Virus record (IMG/VR): IMGVR_UViG_3300021399_000125
Coordinates: 1-64,000 of that record
DNA from: a virus
Taxonomy: Duplodnaviria; Caudoviricetes
Direction: 5' to 3' (one strand)
Length of the DNA stretch: 64,000 bases
This document shows positions 47,376 to 57,291 of the stretch, in pieces (position 1 is the first letter of the stretch; each line of letters begins with the position of its first letter). The notes under the pieces were generated by a model. The model worked only from the letters and a program-made list of their open reading frames with translations. It was not told where the DNA came from and made no database searches. Both the position numbers and the translations under genes were made by a program.

Positions 47376-48533
47376 ATGATTTACTTTGATAACGCAGCCA
47401 CCACCAAGCCCCTGCGTGAGGTGCTGGACGCCATGCGATACGCCTATGAGGAGTACGGCAATCCCGGCTCCAGGCATATCGCCGGCGCGTCGGCCAGGTC
47501 CGCCATGGATCACGCAAGATCAGCCATCGCATCCAGACTCCACGCCGGCGATGATCAGATTCTCTTCACCGCCGGCGCATCAGAATCCAATACCATGGTT
47601 TTCCGCGGTCTGGCAAAGCATCTGCTGAAGGCCGGGAAAACCAATCTCATCGTCTCTCAAATCGAGCATGACTCTGTCATCAACGCCGCAAGATCACTGG
47701 TCAAGGACTTCGGATTTTCCGTCACCTGGCTTTTGCCGGATGAAACCGGCAGGATCAGCGAGGAGCAGGTCTCCGCTGCCATCCTCCCGGAAACCGGGCT
47801 CTGCTCCGTGATGTACGTCAACAACGAACTTGGCACCGTCAACCCCGTCAGCAAGATCGGGGCGCTCTGTCATGAGCACGGTGTTCTGTTCCATACCGAC
47901 GTCACCCAGGCACTCAGCGCCTACCCCATAGATGTCGGATATCTGAACTGCGATTTCCTGTCCGCATCCGCCCATAAGATTCACGGACCCATGGGGGTCG
48001 GGCTTCTGTACGCCAAGGATACGTCCCTTCTGACACCGCAAATCTACGGCGGTGAGGATCAGGAGCTCGGCCTCCGCGGCGGCACCGAAAACGTCCCTGG
48101 CATTGCCGGGTTCGCCTCTGCGGTTTCCGCTCTGGATCTTTGGCGTGTCTCCTGGCAGCAGGATATCCGCGCCGTCAGAGAGCGGTTCCTCCAGGCGCTT
48201 GAATACTCCCTGAAATCCAAGGGGATTCCGGATTCCATGGTTTACACCGTTGACCCCGCGCACACCGTGCCAAATATTCTCAGCCTGCGGTTTCCCGGCA
48301 TCGACTCCGAAACCATGATGGCCATGCTCTCCCAGGTGGGGGTGTGCGTCTCCTCGGGTTCTGCCTGCCGTGCCCACTCCTCAGACCCCAGCCTGGTCCT
48401 GCTTTCCCTTGGCCTGTCCGCAGACGAAGCCCGCAGTACCCTTCGGGTTTCCTTCTCCCATTTTAACACCCAGGACGAGGCCGCCGTGGCGGCCTTCCGG
48501 TTTGCGGACGTAGCCTCCATGCTTTTGCAGTAG
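47376..48533 (+). CDS. iscS: cysteine desulfurase (IscS/NifS family)
   Basis: IYFDNAATT, YGNPGS.H, EHDSV, VNNELG, SAHKIHGP (PLP Lys), RGGTEN, SSGSAC. Confidence 0.95.
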   Translation: MIYFDNAATTKPLREVLDAMRYAYEEYGNPGSRHIAGASARSAMDHARSAIASRLHAGDDQILFTAGASESNTMVFRGLAKHLLKAGKTNLIVSQIEHDSVINAARSLVKDFGFSVTWLLPDETGRISEEQVSAAILPETGLCSVMYVNNELGTVNPVSKIGALCHEHGVLFHTDVTQALSAYPIDVGYLNCDFLSASAHKIHGPMGVGLLYAKDTSLLTPQIYGGEDQELGLRGGTENVPGIAGFASAVSALDLWRVSWQQDIRAVRERFLQALEYSLKSKGIPDSMVYTVDPAHTVPNILSLRFPGIDSETMMAMLSQVGVCVSSGSACRAHSSDPSLVLLSLGLSADEARSTLRVSFSHFNTQDEAAVAAFRFADVASMLLQ

Positions 48534-48535
48534 CC

Positions 48536-48754
48536 ATGGCAATCCCCTCACAGCTTCCCAGGCGGGAGCTTCCCCTTGTGGATTACTTTGACCGGTCCGG
48601 GCAGCTCCTGTTCACGGTTTCCTGCAACGAGCGCCGCGACCAATATTTCCTGTACGATATGGCAGGGGAGAAGCCCTCCAGACTTGCGAAGGGCGTCTCT
48701 CCCGCCGCTCTTGAAGAAAAATACAACCTTGCCGGAAGGATCGGTGTGAAATGA
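48536..48754 (+). CDS. hypothetical protein
   Basis: 72-aa coupled ORF. Confidence 0.55.
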   Translation: MAIPSQLPRRELPLVDYFDRSGQLLFTVSCNERRDQYFLYDMAGEKPSRLAKGVSPAALEEKYNLAGRIGVK

Positions 48755-49422
48755 CAGATTACGAGTACGAAATTTTGCAAAAGAAGAGAACCGCCTCCGG
48801 CGCCAGACACAAAAAGGGCGGCAGCCGCAGTAAAAAGTGTGTGCTGCCCTCTGATTATTTTTCCAAAAAACAAATCAAACAACTCAGCGGAGAGGTAAAA
48901 CAGATGAATATCAATCAAAAGATGACCTGGCGGGAATTCAAGCTGCTGCCGTTGGATCTCCGGGAGGAGCACCTCCACTGGATCCTGGAGCAGTTCGGTG
49001 TCACCGCCACGCAGATCTCGTCCATGTTTGAGATCTCGCCGACCTACTTCAGCCACTATCTCCGGCAGGCTGGCATCCGCGTGGTTTTTCCGCGTAAAAA
49101 GAAAAAGCCTACCCCCGCCCAGGAGTTTGCGTGGCTCCGGTTTTGCGGCGTCAGCGAAGAGCCGCCCGTCAAACCCCTGCCTGCCGAGACGCTTCCCGTG
49201 CAGCCCCATGTGCCAACGCCCGGCCGGCCATGTCCCGTGCTCAGCTTTGACGGGTTTTCTCTGCGGTTTTCCGGGCAGATCGACATAGACGCCGTCACAA
49301 ATTCCCTGCGCATGATCCTCGGCGGGCCAACCGGCAGAGGCAAGCTTACCCTTACCTTTGAGGCCGAGGAGAAGCTTCAGAAGGCGGAGCGTGACGTGGT
49401 CGGATTCTGTGCCGGCGCTTGA
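48751..49422 (+). CDS. basic hypothetical protein, possible HTH
   Basis: Lys-rich N-terminus; TATQISSMFEISP HTH-like segment. Confidence 0.6.
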   Translation: MTDYEYEILQKKRTASGARHKKGGSRSKKCVLPSDYFSKKQIKQLSGEVKQMNINQKMTWREFKLLPLDLREEHLHWILEQFGVTATQISSMFEISPTYFSHYLRQAGIRVVFPRKKKKPTPAQEFAWLRFCGVSEEPPVKPLPAETLPVQPHVPTPGRPCPVLSFDGFSLRFSGQIDIDAVTNSLRMILGGPTGRGKLTLTFEAEEKLQKAERDVVGFCAGA

Positions 49423-49479
49423 TTTTCCGGCTTCCATATGATATAATACTACCACAATCAAAGGAGAGGAGGGTTCCCG

Positions 49480-50025
49480 GTGTTTGAGTTCTTTATTCTG
49501 ATGTTCGGCAGCCTGTTTCTGGCCGGCGGCGTAGCCCTGGATAAGATGGATCAAATCGCCGCCAAGCAGCGGCAAAAGGAGGCGAGCGCCCGCTATGAAG
49601 AGCAGAGGCGTCTGGCCAAAGAACAGTCCAAAAAGGACGAAGAAATCGTCCGGTCTCTGGTTTTAAATGACAGGAGCGCCACATTTTACCGCATCTGCCA
49701 TAATAAAGAAGACACCCTCAAACAGGTCAACGCGGTTTTGCACACCATTGCCGGGTTTGAAGACTACACCGAAACCAATGTCACCTCGCAGCTCAGCGTC
49801 TGCACCATGTATGCCCTCATGGGAAAGCTCAGATACGAAACCATACACTTCTATTCCTACTACGGGAAGTTTACCATAGACCAGGAGCTTTCGTATCTGC
49901 GCTGGTTCCGTCAGACAATCTATGAGCGCTCCGGCGTCTGGCTCCCCATCTACATTACCGACTCTCCTCACCACTACGAATTTGTAAAGGTTCTTCCGAG
50001 ATATAAACTCATTGACGAGCCATAA
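49480..50025 (+). CDS. membrane-anchored hypothetical protein with own promoter
   Basis: TTGATT-17-TATAAT at 49419-49447; N-terminal TM. Confidence 0.6.
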   Translation: MFEFFILMFGSLFLAGGVALDKMDQIAAKQRQKEASARYEEQRRLAKEQSKKDEEIVRSLVLNDRSATFYRICHNKEDTLKQVNAVLHTIAGFEDYTETNVTSQLSVCTMYALMGKLRYETIHFYSYYGKFTIDQELSYLRWFRQTIYERSGVWLPIYITDSPHHYEFVKVLPRYKLIDEP

Positions 50026-50061
50026 CACACCATACGCCACACACAAAAAAGGAGGAATGCA

Positions 50062-50415
50062 ATGAGAATCCCCACGCGCACCCTTGCCGACTGGCTGGTT
50101 GACGAAGCGAACGACCAATTCAAACGCAGCCACTATGATACCGTCTTGCGGTTTTCCGCCGCCGGACTGGAGCGCCTGCACACACTGTGCGACCGCATCG
50201 ATCAGCTGGCGGACGAGCTGGATGAGACCGAAATCAACGTCGACCAGGATCCAGACAGCCTGAACTTCACCGTCCGGGTTTCCTGTGATCCGGAGCACCC
50301 CTCCGATGCTGCCTGCCGTCTGTTCTGGCAGCTGGTCACCGCCGGTGCGGATGCTCATGCAGAACCAGGCGCCCTCTGCTTCCTGCTTCCCGGCCCGTGG
50401 GAGAGCGCCACATGA
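50062..50415 (+). CDS. hypothetical protein
   Basis: AAGGAGG RBS. Confidence 0.6.
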   Translation: MRIPTRTLADWLVDEANDQFKRSHYDTVLRFSAAGLERLHTLCDRIDQLADELDETEINVDQDPDSLNFTVRVSCDPEHPSDAACRLFWQLVTAGADAHAEPGALCFLLPGPWESAT

Positions 50416-50651
50416 GACGCTCCACACAATCTGCGGTTCGCGGCGCCCAAAAGGCGATCACTGAGGCCCGCGACCGGCTTCTTGAGACCATGGACAACGA
50501 GCAGATCGCCTACGAATCCCTCTCCGAGCGCGCCCAGGACGGCCCTCCCGGCGAGCGTATCGAGCAGATCATTGACGATCTCAGCATCGTCTGCTCCGAT
50601 CTGGACAGCGCCATCGATAAGCTGGAGGAAATGCTTCCGTCCACACGTTAA
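50412..50651 (+). CDS. small helical hypothetical protein
   Basis: EQIAYESLSE..QDG..GE motif; followed by hairpin 50672-50691. Confidence 0.6.
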   Translation: MRRSTQSAVRGAQKAITEARDRLLETMDNEQIAYESLSERAQDGPPGERIEQIIDDLSIVCSDLDSAIDKLEEMLPSTR

Positions 50652-50877
50652 TTCGCCTTTGATAGAGACATGCCCGGGCGATAAGCCCGGGCTTCTCTCA
50701 TTGTGCAAATCAAACAAAAATTCAAAAATTGCTCCAAGTGTCCGATAAATCGTACAGTTTCAGTGCTATCATGGCACCGTAAAGAAAACCCGCGGTCCAC
50801 TCCATCGGGAATTCTGTGTACACCTTTCTGAAACTGCCCAACGTAGCAACATGGTATTTGGAGGACGCATAGAGAAG

Positions 50878-51207
50878 ATGAAAAAATTGATGAATATTAT
50901 GGAGTTTCGGAGATATACCAAAACCGCAAACCTCGGTCCGGTCATGTACCGCTCAGACAACCAGGAATGGTTTCGCGATACTGACCCGATCCGGTTCAAA
51001 GTCACATGTACCATTCGTGAAATCCGTCCTGAGCTTGGCTTAATTGTGCTGTCCTCCAGGGACGGCAGCGAAATCTGCTTCAGCCGCGTCGTACATATCG
51101 GCATAGACACCGAGTGCTCTGTCCTCGGGACGGTCATCACCCTGATCTGTAAAAACGGAACCTGTCGCAATTCTCAAATTGCATACAAGCTGATTGCCTT
51201 GGCATAA
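50878..51207 (+). CDS. hypothetical protein
   Basis: ~109-aa ORF; start uncertain. Confidence 0.5.
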   Translation: MKKLMNIMEFRRYTKTANLGPVMYRSDNQEWFRDTDPIRFKVTCTIREIRPELGLIVLSSRDGSEICFSRVVHIGIDTECSVLGTVITLICKNGTCRNSQIAYKLIALA

Positions 51208-51231
51208 CCCTGGCATTCCCTCTGTGGGAAC

Positions 51232-51261
51232 TTGACATTTTCCCGGCGGATATGGTATAAT
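51232..51261 (+). promoter_or_regulatory. sigma-A promoter
   Basis: TTGACA-18 nt-TATAAT with extended TG. Confidence 0.75.
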
Positions 51262-51292
51262 CTCAGAGACCGGAAATCGAAAGGAGACCCAT

Positions 51293-51778
51293 ATCCACAC
51301 CAAAAATTATCCCTGCACCCATCGTTCTCCGGTCATCGGAGATATTTATCTCGTCCAATTCGGGCGGGCAAAACATGGTAATGAGCAAAGCGGTATCCGC
51401 CCCGGCGTGGTATTCCAAAACAACGTGGGCAATCTGCACAGCCCAAACGTCATCATGCTCCCGCTCACAACCAATCTGAAGCGCAGTGGCCAGCCCACCC
51501 ACGTTCTGCTTCACCCGCATGACACAGGCCTTGCCAAAAGCAGCATGGTTTTGTGCGAAAACCCGGAGTGCGTCTCCAAAGAGCGCCTCGGCCGGTATCT
51601 CACGTCTCTGCCTCTGCACTATATGCGGCAGATTGCAGAGGCCAATCTCCTCGCCACGTCCGCCGCCTCCTTTCTGGATGTCGAGCGGTTTTGTGAAATC
51701 CGGGCGCAATCCATCGGTATGAATCTGTCTGCCGGGCATCCCCGTTTTGCGGCAGAGACGGAGGTAGCATATGTATAA
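51293..51778 (+). CDS. MazF/PemK-family endoribonuclease-like protein
   Basis: GDIYLVQF...GNEQSGIRPGVVFQNNVGN..SP.VI.LPLTT; the frame extends upstream of the ORF-track start to an ATC after AAAGGAG. Confidence 0.8.
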   Translation: MHTKNYPCTHRSPVIGDIYLVQFGRAKHGNEQSGIRPGVVFQNNVGNLHSPNVIMLPLTTNLKRSGQPTHVLLHPHDTGLAKSSMVLCENPECVSKERLGRYLTSLPLHYMRQIAEANLLATSAASFLDVERFCEIRAQSIGMNLSAGHPRFAAETEVAYV

Positions 51779-52724
51779 CAAAATACAGAAAATTCCATTC
51801 GTCCGGCAGTTTGCAGACGGAAGCACCAAGCTGGAAAAGTCCTTCGTACGCTCGTTTCGTGTCTCTTCAAAATTTGAAGCTGCGCTCAACAAGGATATCT
51901 CCGCTTTTACCCAGCAGGAGCTGACCGATATGCTGGATAAGGTCAAGCAGAACGGAACAGGTGGCACCCAGGGGTTTTACACCTTTGTAGAAAACCTCCG
52001 TCTGTACGGCAGCTGGTGCCTTCGCGAAAAGCTGCCAGGGGCGGCTGTGCCCATCACAAAGTGTAATCTTTACATCGGTGCGCCAGAAGAAACCCAGTTC
52101 GTCCGCAATGCCTACGAGCTCGAAAGATATCTCTCTGTCGTCTTTCCGTCCGGGCAAGGCTGCTCTAACAGCCAGTGTGATTATAACTCTGTCACCTGTG
52201 CGTATTTCTGGCTCGCCTTCATCGGCGTTCCCCAGGATCAGCTCGCAGACATCAAGACCTCAGACGTCGATTTTGAAACCTGGTACGTCCACGCAGGGGA
52301 TATGTACTATCCATTCGGTCACGCTGCCCATGAGATCTTCCTGCGCCTGGTTCGTTCCGACACCCTCGTCATTTCCCGCAAAGACGGCAAATCCATTTCC
52401 GCTCCACGGGAACACAGCGACCAGCTTCTTCGCACCACAACGCCGTATCAACGTGGCACCATCGGCCCAAACACCTCCAGAAAGATGCGTGCAGCCGTAC
52501 AGGACGGCATTGTAAACAAGACCATCAGTTATAAATCGGTTTACAAGTCCGGCCTCTGCGCCAGGATTTATGAGCGTGAGAGCGTAGACGGCGGAGACGT
52601 CGTGCTGGACTATGTCAAAACGTTCATTTACAACAATGCCGACGGCACAGCCAGCATGGCGATCAGCAGAGCTGCGTATCTGCATGAGACCTACGGCGCC
52701 TGGAAGCTTGCCTTCCATATCTGA
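51771..52724 (+). CDS. MrpR/YopR-like repressor (degenerate tyrosine recombinase fold)
   Basis: FE....KDI..F...EL SAM-like N-terminus, WLAFIG, lacks the RHR catalytic set; SPbeta-like context. Confidence 0.55.
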   Translation: MYNKIQKIPFVRQFADGSTKLEKSFVRSFRVSSKFEAALNKDISAFTQQELTDMLDKVKQNGTGGTQGFYTFVENLRLYGSWCLREKLPGAAVPITKCNLYIGAPEETQFVRNAYELERYLSVVFPSGQGCSNSQCDYNSVTCAYFWLAFIGVPQDQLADIKTSDVDFETWYVHAGDMYYPFGHAAHEIFLRLVRSDTLVISRKDGKSISAPREHSDQLLRTTTPYQRGTIGPNTSRKMRAAVQDGIVNKTISYKSVYKSGLCARIYERESVDGGDVVLDYVKTFIYNNADGTASMAISRAAYLHETYGAWKLAFHI

Positions 52725-52729
52725 TCCGA

Positions 52730-52755
52730 AAACTCGCCTTCCGGGGCGGGTTTTT
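52730..52755 (+). terminator. intrinsic terminator
   Basis: AAACTCGCC-TTCCGG-GGCGGGTTT followed by a T-run. Confidence 0.65.
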
Positions 52756-52884
52756 CATACATAACTTTATACAAACCCACAGAGCTTTCGAGGAGCGACC
52801 GTGACCCGGCCGCCGCTCGAAGGCTCTTTTCGTTTGCTTTCAAGCCTTCGTTCCGCAAAAAAATTGAATCAAAGGAGGAACCCA

Positions 52885-53577
52885 ATGGCAGAAGAACCAC
52901 TGAACATCTACCAAAAGCTGGCCAAGGTCCGCAAACAGGTAGAGGTCATCCAGCGCAACAAAAAGGGGTATGGATATTCTTATGTCTCGGAGGACGAGAT
53001 CATGTCCAAAATCTCCGTTTTTCTGGATAAGTTAAACCTCTCTCTCATCCCGTCCATTGTGGGCGACAGCACAAAGGTAGAACCGTATCACTACACCAAG
53101 ACAAAGTCCACCAAGGAAGGCAAAATCTACGAGGAACAGGTCAATGAGCTCCTGGTACACTCCGACATGGAGTACACCTGGGTAAACAACGACAATCCGG
53201 AGGAGCAGATCAAGGTCGGCTGGGCAATGGTCGGCCAGCAGGCGGATGCGTCTCAGGCATTCGGCTCCGGGCTGAGCTATGCGGCCAGGTATTTCCTGCT
53301 CAAGTACTTCAACGTCGCCACACCCAATGACGACCCGGACGAATTCCGACGCAAGCAGAAGGAGGCCGAGGCCGCCGAGGAGAAGCAGCTCATCTCCGAG
53401 CTGATCTCCGCCATTGACGCATACACCAACCAGTACCTGGAGCGGAACCCGGGTGAGGCAAAGCAAATCAAACAATTTTTCGCGCAGTATGTTGCCGGCG
53501 GCAACTATTTCAAGCTGAAGGACTCCAAGCAGGCGGCCGAGGTGCTGTCCAAGCTGGAAGAGACCTTCAAGAACTAA
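52885..53577 (+). CDS. ERF-family single-strand annealing protein
   Basis: NIYQKL, GYGYSYV, QAFGSGLSYAARY...DDPD. Confidence 0.85.
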   Translation: MAEEPLNIYQKLAKVRKQVEVIQRNKKGYGYSYVSEDEIMSKISVFLDKLNLSLIPSIVGDSTKVEPYHYTKTKSTKEGKIYEEQVNELLVHSDMEYTWVNNDNPEEQIKVGWAMVGQQADASQAFGSGLSYAARYFLLKYFNVATPNDDPDEFRRKQKEAEAAEEKQLISELISAIDAYTNQYLERNPGEAKQIKQFFAQYVAGGNYFKLKDSKQAAEVLSKLEETFKN

Positions 53578-53591
53578 AGGAGGCAATACAT

Positions 53592-53954
53592 ATGGGTTTT
53601 CGTAACGGCGCCTATGCAAAGGTCTGGTCGGTAGAACCGATGTCCGAGGCCTGCACCAAGCTGCGGCTGTCCACCAGCCACAAGAACAGGGAAGGGGAGT
53701 ACGAGCAGGACTTCTCCGGCTACGTTCTGGTCTGCGGCTCCGCCCCGGCGGCCATGGCCGCCCACCTGCAGGAGGGGTCCCGGGTCCGTCTCGGGGAGAC
53801 GGAGGTCACCACCACCTACGACAAGGCAAGCAAGCGCCAATATACCAACTTCAAGGTTTTCTCGCTGGAGTCTGCAGACGGCGGCGCCAATCAGACGGAG
53901 CCCCGTAAAGAGGTGGACGCCGGCGAGCCGGACGACCGGAAACTTCCCTTCTAA
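53592..53954 (+). CDS. ssb: single-stranded DNA-binding protein
   Basis: OB-fold size, acidic tail ending LPF, next to ERF. Confidence 0.75.
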   Translation: MGFRNGAYAKVWSVEPMSEACTKLRLSTSHKNREGEYEQDFSGYVLVCGSAPAAMAAHLQEGSRVRLGETEVTTTYDKASKRQYTNFKVFSLESADGGANQTEPRKEVDAGEPDDRKLPF

Positions 53955-53966
53955 GAGGCTGCTCCT

Positions 53967-54779
53967 ATGAGCAGCCCTTACTTAAAGTCCATTGTGGACG
54001 ACATGGTCTGGAGCTATTCCCGTGTAAACTCCTTCCGTGACTGTCCATATCAGTGGTTTTTGAAGTACGTCCGCCAGCTTCCACGGGGCAGCGCCAAGTT
54101 CTTCTCCTCCTACGGCAGCTTCATGCACGAGCTGCTGCAGCAGTATCACGCAGACACCCTTCCAAGGCACAAGCTTGCCCTGCGATATCTCACGGGCTTT
54201 CAGTCTGCCGTTCAGGGTCCGCCGCCCTCAGAAAAGGTCTTCGTCAACTATTTCTCAGACGGTCTCGGCTATCTGAAGACCGCCGCCCCTGTGGTAGACA
54301 AGACCATTGCCACAGAAAAGAAGTACCGCTTCAAGCTCGGCGGCAGAAGCTTCGTCGGTGTGGTGGATCTCATCGGCATCACCGACGGAAAGCTGGAAAT
54401 TGTCGATCACAAATCCAAAGCCCTCAAGCCATACTCCGGTCGGGAAAAGCCCACCTCCACAGACCGTGAGCTGGACGAATATTATCGTCAATTATACCTG
54501 TATTCCATCCCTGTTGCGGCAGAATTTGGCAAATATCCAGATAAATTGTGCTTCAATTGCTTCAGAACCGGCGCAATAATCAAATCAGACTTTGATTCTC
54601 AGAAGCTGGAGCAGGCCAAAACCTGGGCCCTGCAGGAGATCGATCGGATTTCCGCCGCGGATAGCTTCCCGCCGTCCGTGGACTATTTCAAGTGCCATTA
54701 TCTGTGTGACATGTGCCAGCACTGCGAGTATTACGAGATGAATTTTTTTGATAAACCGAAAGGGAGTGGTACAGCGTGA
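53967..54779 (+). CDS. PD-(D/E)XK exonuclease (Cas4/RecB-like)
   Basis: WSYSR...CP, GS.MH, G.VD, IVDHKS, QLYLY, C-terminal Cys cluster. Confidence 0.85.
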   Translation: MSSPYLKSIVDDMVWSYSRVNSFRDCPYQWFLKYVRQLPRGSAKFFSSYGSFMHELLQQYHADTLPRHKLALRYLTGFQSAVQGPPPSEKVFVNYFSDGLGYLKTAAPVVDKTIATEKKYRFKLGGRSFVGVVDLIGITDGKLEIVDHKSKALKPYSGREKPTSTDRELDEYYRQLYLYSIPVAAEFGKYPDKLCFNCFRTGAIIKSDFDSQKLEQAKTWALQEIDRISAADSFPPSVDYFKCHYLCDMCQHCEYYEMNFFDKPKGSGTA

Positions 54780-56107
54780 GAGCAGAGGATATCTGCAGTC
54801 TGGAATCCGAGTCCGGCATCATCGCCTCTCTGATCCACCACCCGGAGTTCGTGTTCTTCTCCGGGAATCTTCTCCCCGGGCACTTTACCAACAAAGAAAA
54901 CCGGTGCCTCTATACTGCGATCACCTCCCTGGTCAACCAGGGCATCGAGACCATCGATGCCTTCAATATTATGGAGGTCTTGAACGCCTCCGAGGCCACC
55001 CGGAAGTATGCAGACCAGCTCACCGTGGAGCGGGTCCATGATTTTATCGACGTCAGCGATATTCTCGCCCGCAGCACGGTAGAGGAGTACAAGCTCCTGG
55101 TCGGCAACGTTCTGGACGCTGCCTTTCGCCGGGACACTTTCCAAAAGCTCAAGGAGTGCCAGGAGCTATGCCTCGATCTGGAAGCGGAGAACATCGAGCA
55201 GAAGATCTACCGCATGATCGACGACGTCATGACGGAGTTTTCCGCCGCCGACGACATCCCGGAGTTCTCCGACGTGGCGGACGATCTCTGGGCGGACATC
55301 GTCGCCCACCAGGACGGACACCTGGCCGGCGCCACCTTTAAATTTCCCTCCCTCAACGAGTATGTCACCATCGAGCCCGGCGAGCTGGTGGTGGTCGGCG
55401 CCCCGGCCAAGGGCGCAAAATCCATGTTCATGTTGAACACCGCCGTGGACCTGCTTCGGCAGGGGAAGACCGTCATGTATATCGATTCCGAGCTTTCCAG
55501 CCGGCTTTTCTTCTGCCGTCTTCTCTCCAACCTCACCGGCATCGAATTCTCCCGGGTCCGCCACGGGCGCTACACCCAGGAGGAGGAGAATAGGATCCAG
55601 CAGGCCATTCGCTGGGTCAAAACACGGCGGTTTGTCCACATCTATATGCCGATCTTTGACCGGCAGACCATCTACACCTCTGTCAAAAAGGTCCACCACC
55701 GCTACGGCAAGCTGGATGTGCTGATTGTGGACTATCTCAAGTCCACCGGCGACAACGACGCCTATGCCACCTATGCCGAGCTTGGCAAGCTGACCGACAC
55801 CATCAAAAACGATCTCTCCGGCGCCATGGGCATTGCCTCCGTGGCCGCCGCCCAGCTCACCTCTGCCGGCCGCCTGGCCGACAGCGCCAAAATCGAGCGC
55901 AACGCCTCCACCATCCTGCTTCTGCTGGATAAAACCCAGGAGGAGATCGCCGACCAGGGCGAGCAGTGCGGCAACAAAAAGCTCATCGTGTCCCGCAACC
56001 GAAACGGGATGCAGCATGTGGACGGGGAGTGGATCGACATCAATTTTAACGGCAATATCTGCCTGCTGACGGAGGCGCAGCAGCACGTTCCCAACAATCC
56101 CTACTAA
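54776..56107 (+). CDS. dnaB: replicative DnaB-like helicase
   Basis: APAKGAKS Walker A variant, IDSE, IVDYLK, AQL, RNRNG. Confidence 0.85.
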   Translation: MRAEDICSLESESGIIASLIHHPEFVFFSGNLLPGHFTNKENRCLYTAITSLVNQGIETIDAFNIMEVLNASEATRKYADQLTVERVHDFIDVSDILARSTVEEYKLLVGNVLDAAFRRDTFQKLKECQELCLDLEAENIEQKIYRMIDDVMTEFSAADDIPEFSDVADDLWADIVAHQDGHLAGATFKFPSLNEYVTIEPGELVVVGAPAKGAKSMFMLNTAVDLLRQGKTVMYIDSELSSRLFFCRLLSNLTGIEFSRVRHGRYTQEEENRIQQAIRWVKTRRFVHIYMPIFDRQTIYTSVKKVHHRYGKLDVLIVDYLKSTGDNDAYATYAELGKLTDTIKNDLSGAMGIASVAAAQLTSAGRLADSAKIERNASTILLLLDKTQEEIADQGEQCGNKKLIVSRNRNGMQHVDGEWIDINFNGNICLLTEAQQHVPNNPY

Positions 56108-56120
56108 AGGAGGCGGTTTT

Positions 56121-56309
56121 TTGGACACCAGAGCCCTGATTGAAGCCGTCAAGACCAGAGCCAGCTGCAACGACGGCAACCCCACCAAGCACAGCCTGCT
56201 TTATGAGCTGACAAAGGCGCTCGAACGGCTGGAGCAGTACGAAAAAGCGGGAATTCCGCCGGAAATCGACACCATTCTCTGCTCCCTGGATGACGATGCT
56301 GACGATTGA
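56121..56309 (+). CDS. small hypothetical protein
   Basis: TTG start after AAGGAGG; LEQYEKAGIPPE motif. Confidence 0.55.
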   Translation: MDTRALIEAVKTRASCNDGNPTKHSLLYELTKALERLEQYEKAGIPPEIDTILCSLDDDADD

Positions 56310-57291
56310 GGACTTGCTCTCCAAAATCGACATTGTCGAGTTCCTCTCCCAGTACGTCGACCTGGTCCAAAAGGACGGGGAGTGGTGGGGGCTGAGCCCC
56401 CTGGCCGATCCGCCGGAAAAAACCCCGTCCTTTTCCGTCCGCAGAGAGACCGGCCGCTTCTATTGCTTCTCCACCGGAATCGGCGGCACCCTCATCACAT
56501 TTTTAAAGTACTATTACCACATTTCCTCCCGCAAGGCCATCGAACTTCTGCGGCAGTACGCCGGTTTGGAGGGCGAGCAGGTGTCTATCGGCCGAAAAAT
56601 GGCCGCCACGGACGTCTGTCAGCGGTTTTCGCCCAAAAAAGCGAAGCAAAAGCCCTCTTCTCCCAAAATTTTACCCCAAAACTGCATGGAGCGGTACGAA
56701 AATAACCCCTCCGCCCTCCAAATCTGGCAGGATGAGGGCATTTCGGCCGCCTCCATGGCCAGGTTTCAGGTCCGCTACGACCCCTTCTCCAACAGAATCG
56801 TCTACCCGATCCGGAATCTGTCAGGCGATATCGTAAATATCGGCGGCCGTACCCTTGACCCTGACTTCAAGGCAAAAAACCTGCGGAAATACTGCTACTT
56901 TTACGGCTGGGGCGGCGGGATGGACGTAATTTTCGGGGTTTTCGAGAATCTGCAGGCCATCCGGGAGAAAAAGGAGATCATTCTCTTCGAGGGCGCCAAA
57001 AGCGTCCTCCTGGCGGACACTTTTCACGTGCAAAACACCGGCGCAATCCTCACCTCACACCTGTCCCCGGCACAGCTGCGTATCCTCCTGCGTCTTGGCT
57101 GCCGTGTGGTCTTTGCCCTGGATAAGGACGTGAATATCCTCGCCGATCATAACATCAAACAGTTAAAGCGCTACCTCCCGGTCGAGTATCTCTTTGACCG
57201 GGAGGGGCTCCTTGGCCCAAAGGATGCCCCCGTAGACCGCGGAAAGGAGGTTTTTCAGTCCCTCTATGCCAACCGATACAAATACAGATAA
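56290..57291 (+). CDS. dnaG: DnaG-type DNA primase
   Basis: EKTPSF, RIVYPI, GGR, TOPRIM FEG and LDKD. Confidence 0.85.
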   Translation: MTMLTIEDLLSKIDIVEFLSQYVDLVQKDGEWWGLSPLADPPEKTPSFSVRRETGRFYCFSTGIGGTLITFLKYYYHISSRKAIELLRQYAGLEGEQVSIGRKMAATDVCQRFSPKKAKQKPSSPKILPQNCMERYENNPSALQIWQDEGISAASMARFQVRYDPFSNRIVYPIRNLSGDIVNIGGRTLDPDFKAKNLRKYCYFYGWGGGMDVIFGVFENLQAIREKKEIILFEGAKSVLLADTFHVQNTGAILTSHLSPAQLRILLRLGCRVVFALDKDVNILADHNIKQLKRYLPVEYLFDREGLLGPKDAPVDRGKEVFQSLYANRYKYR

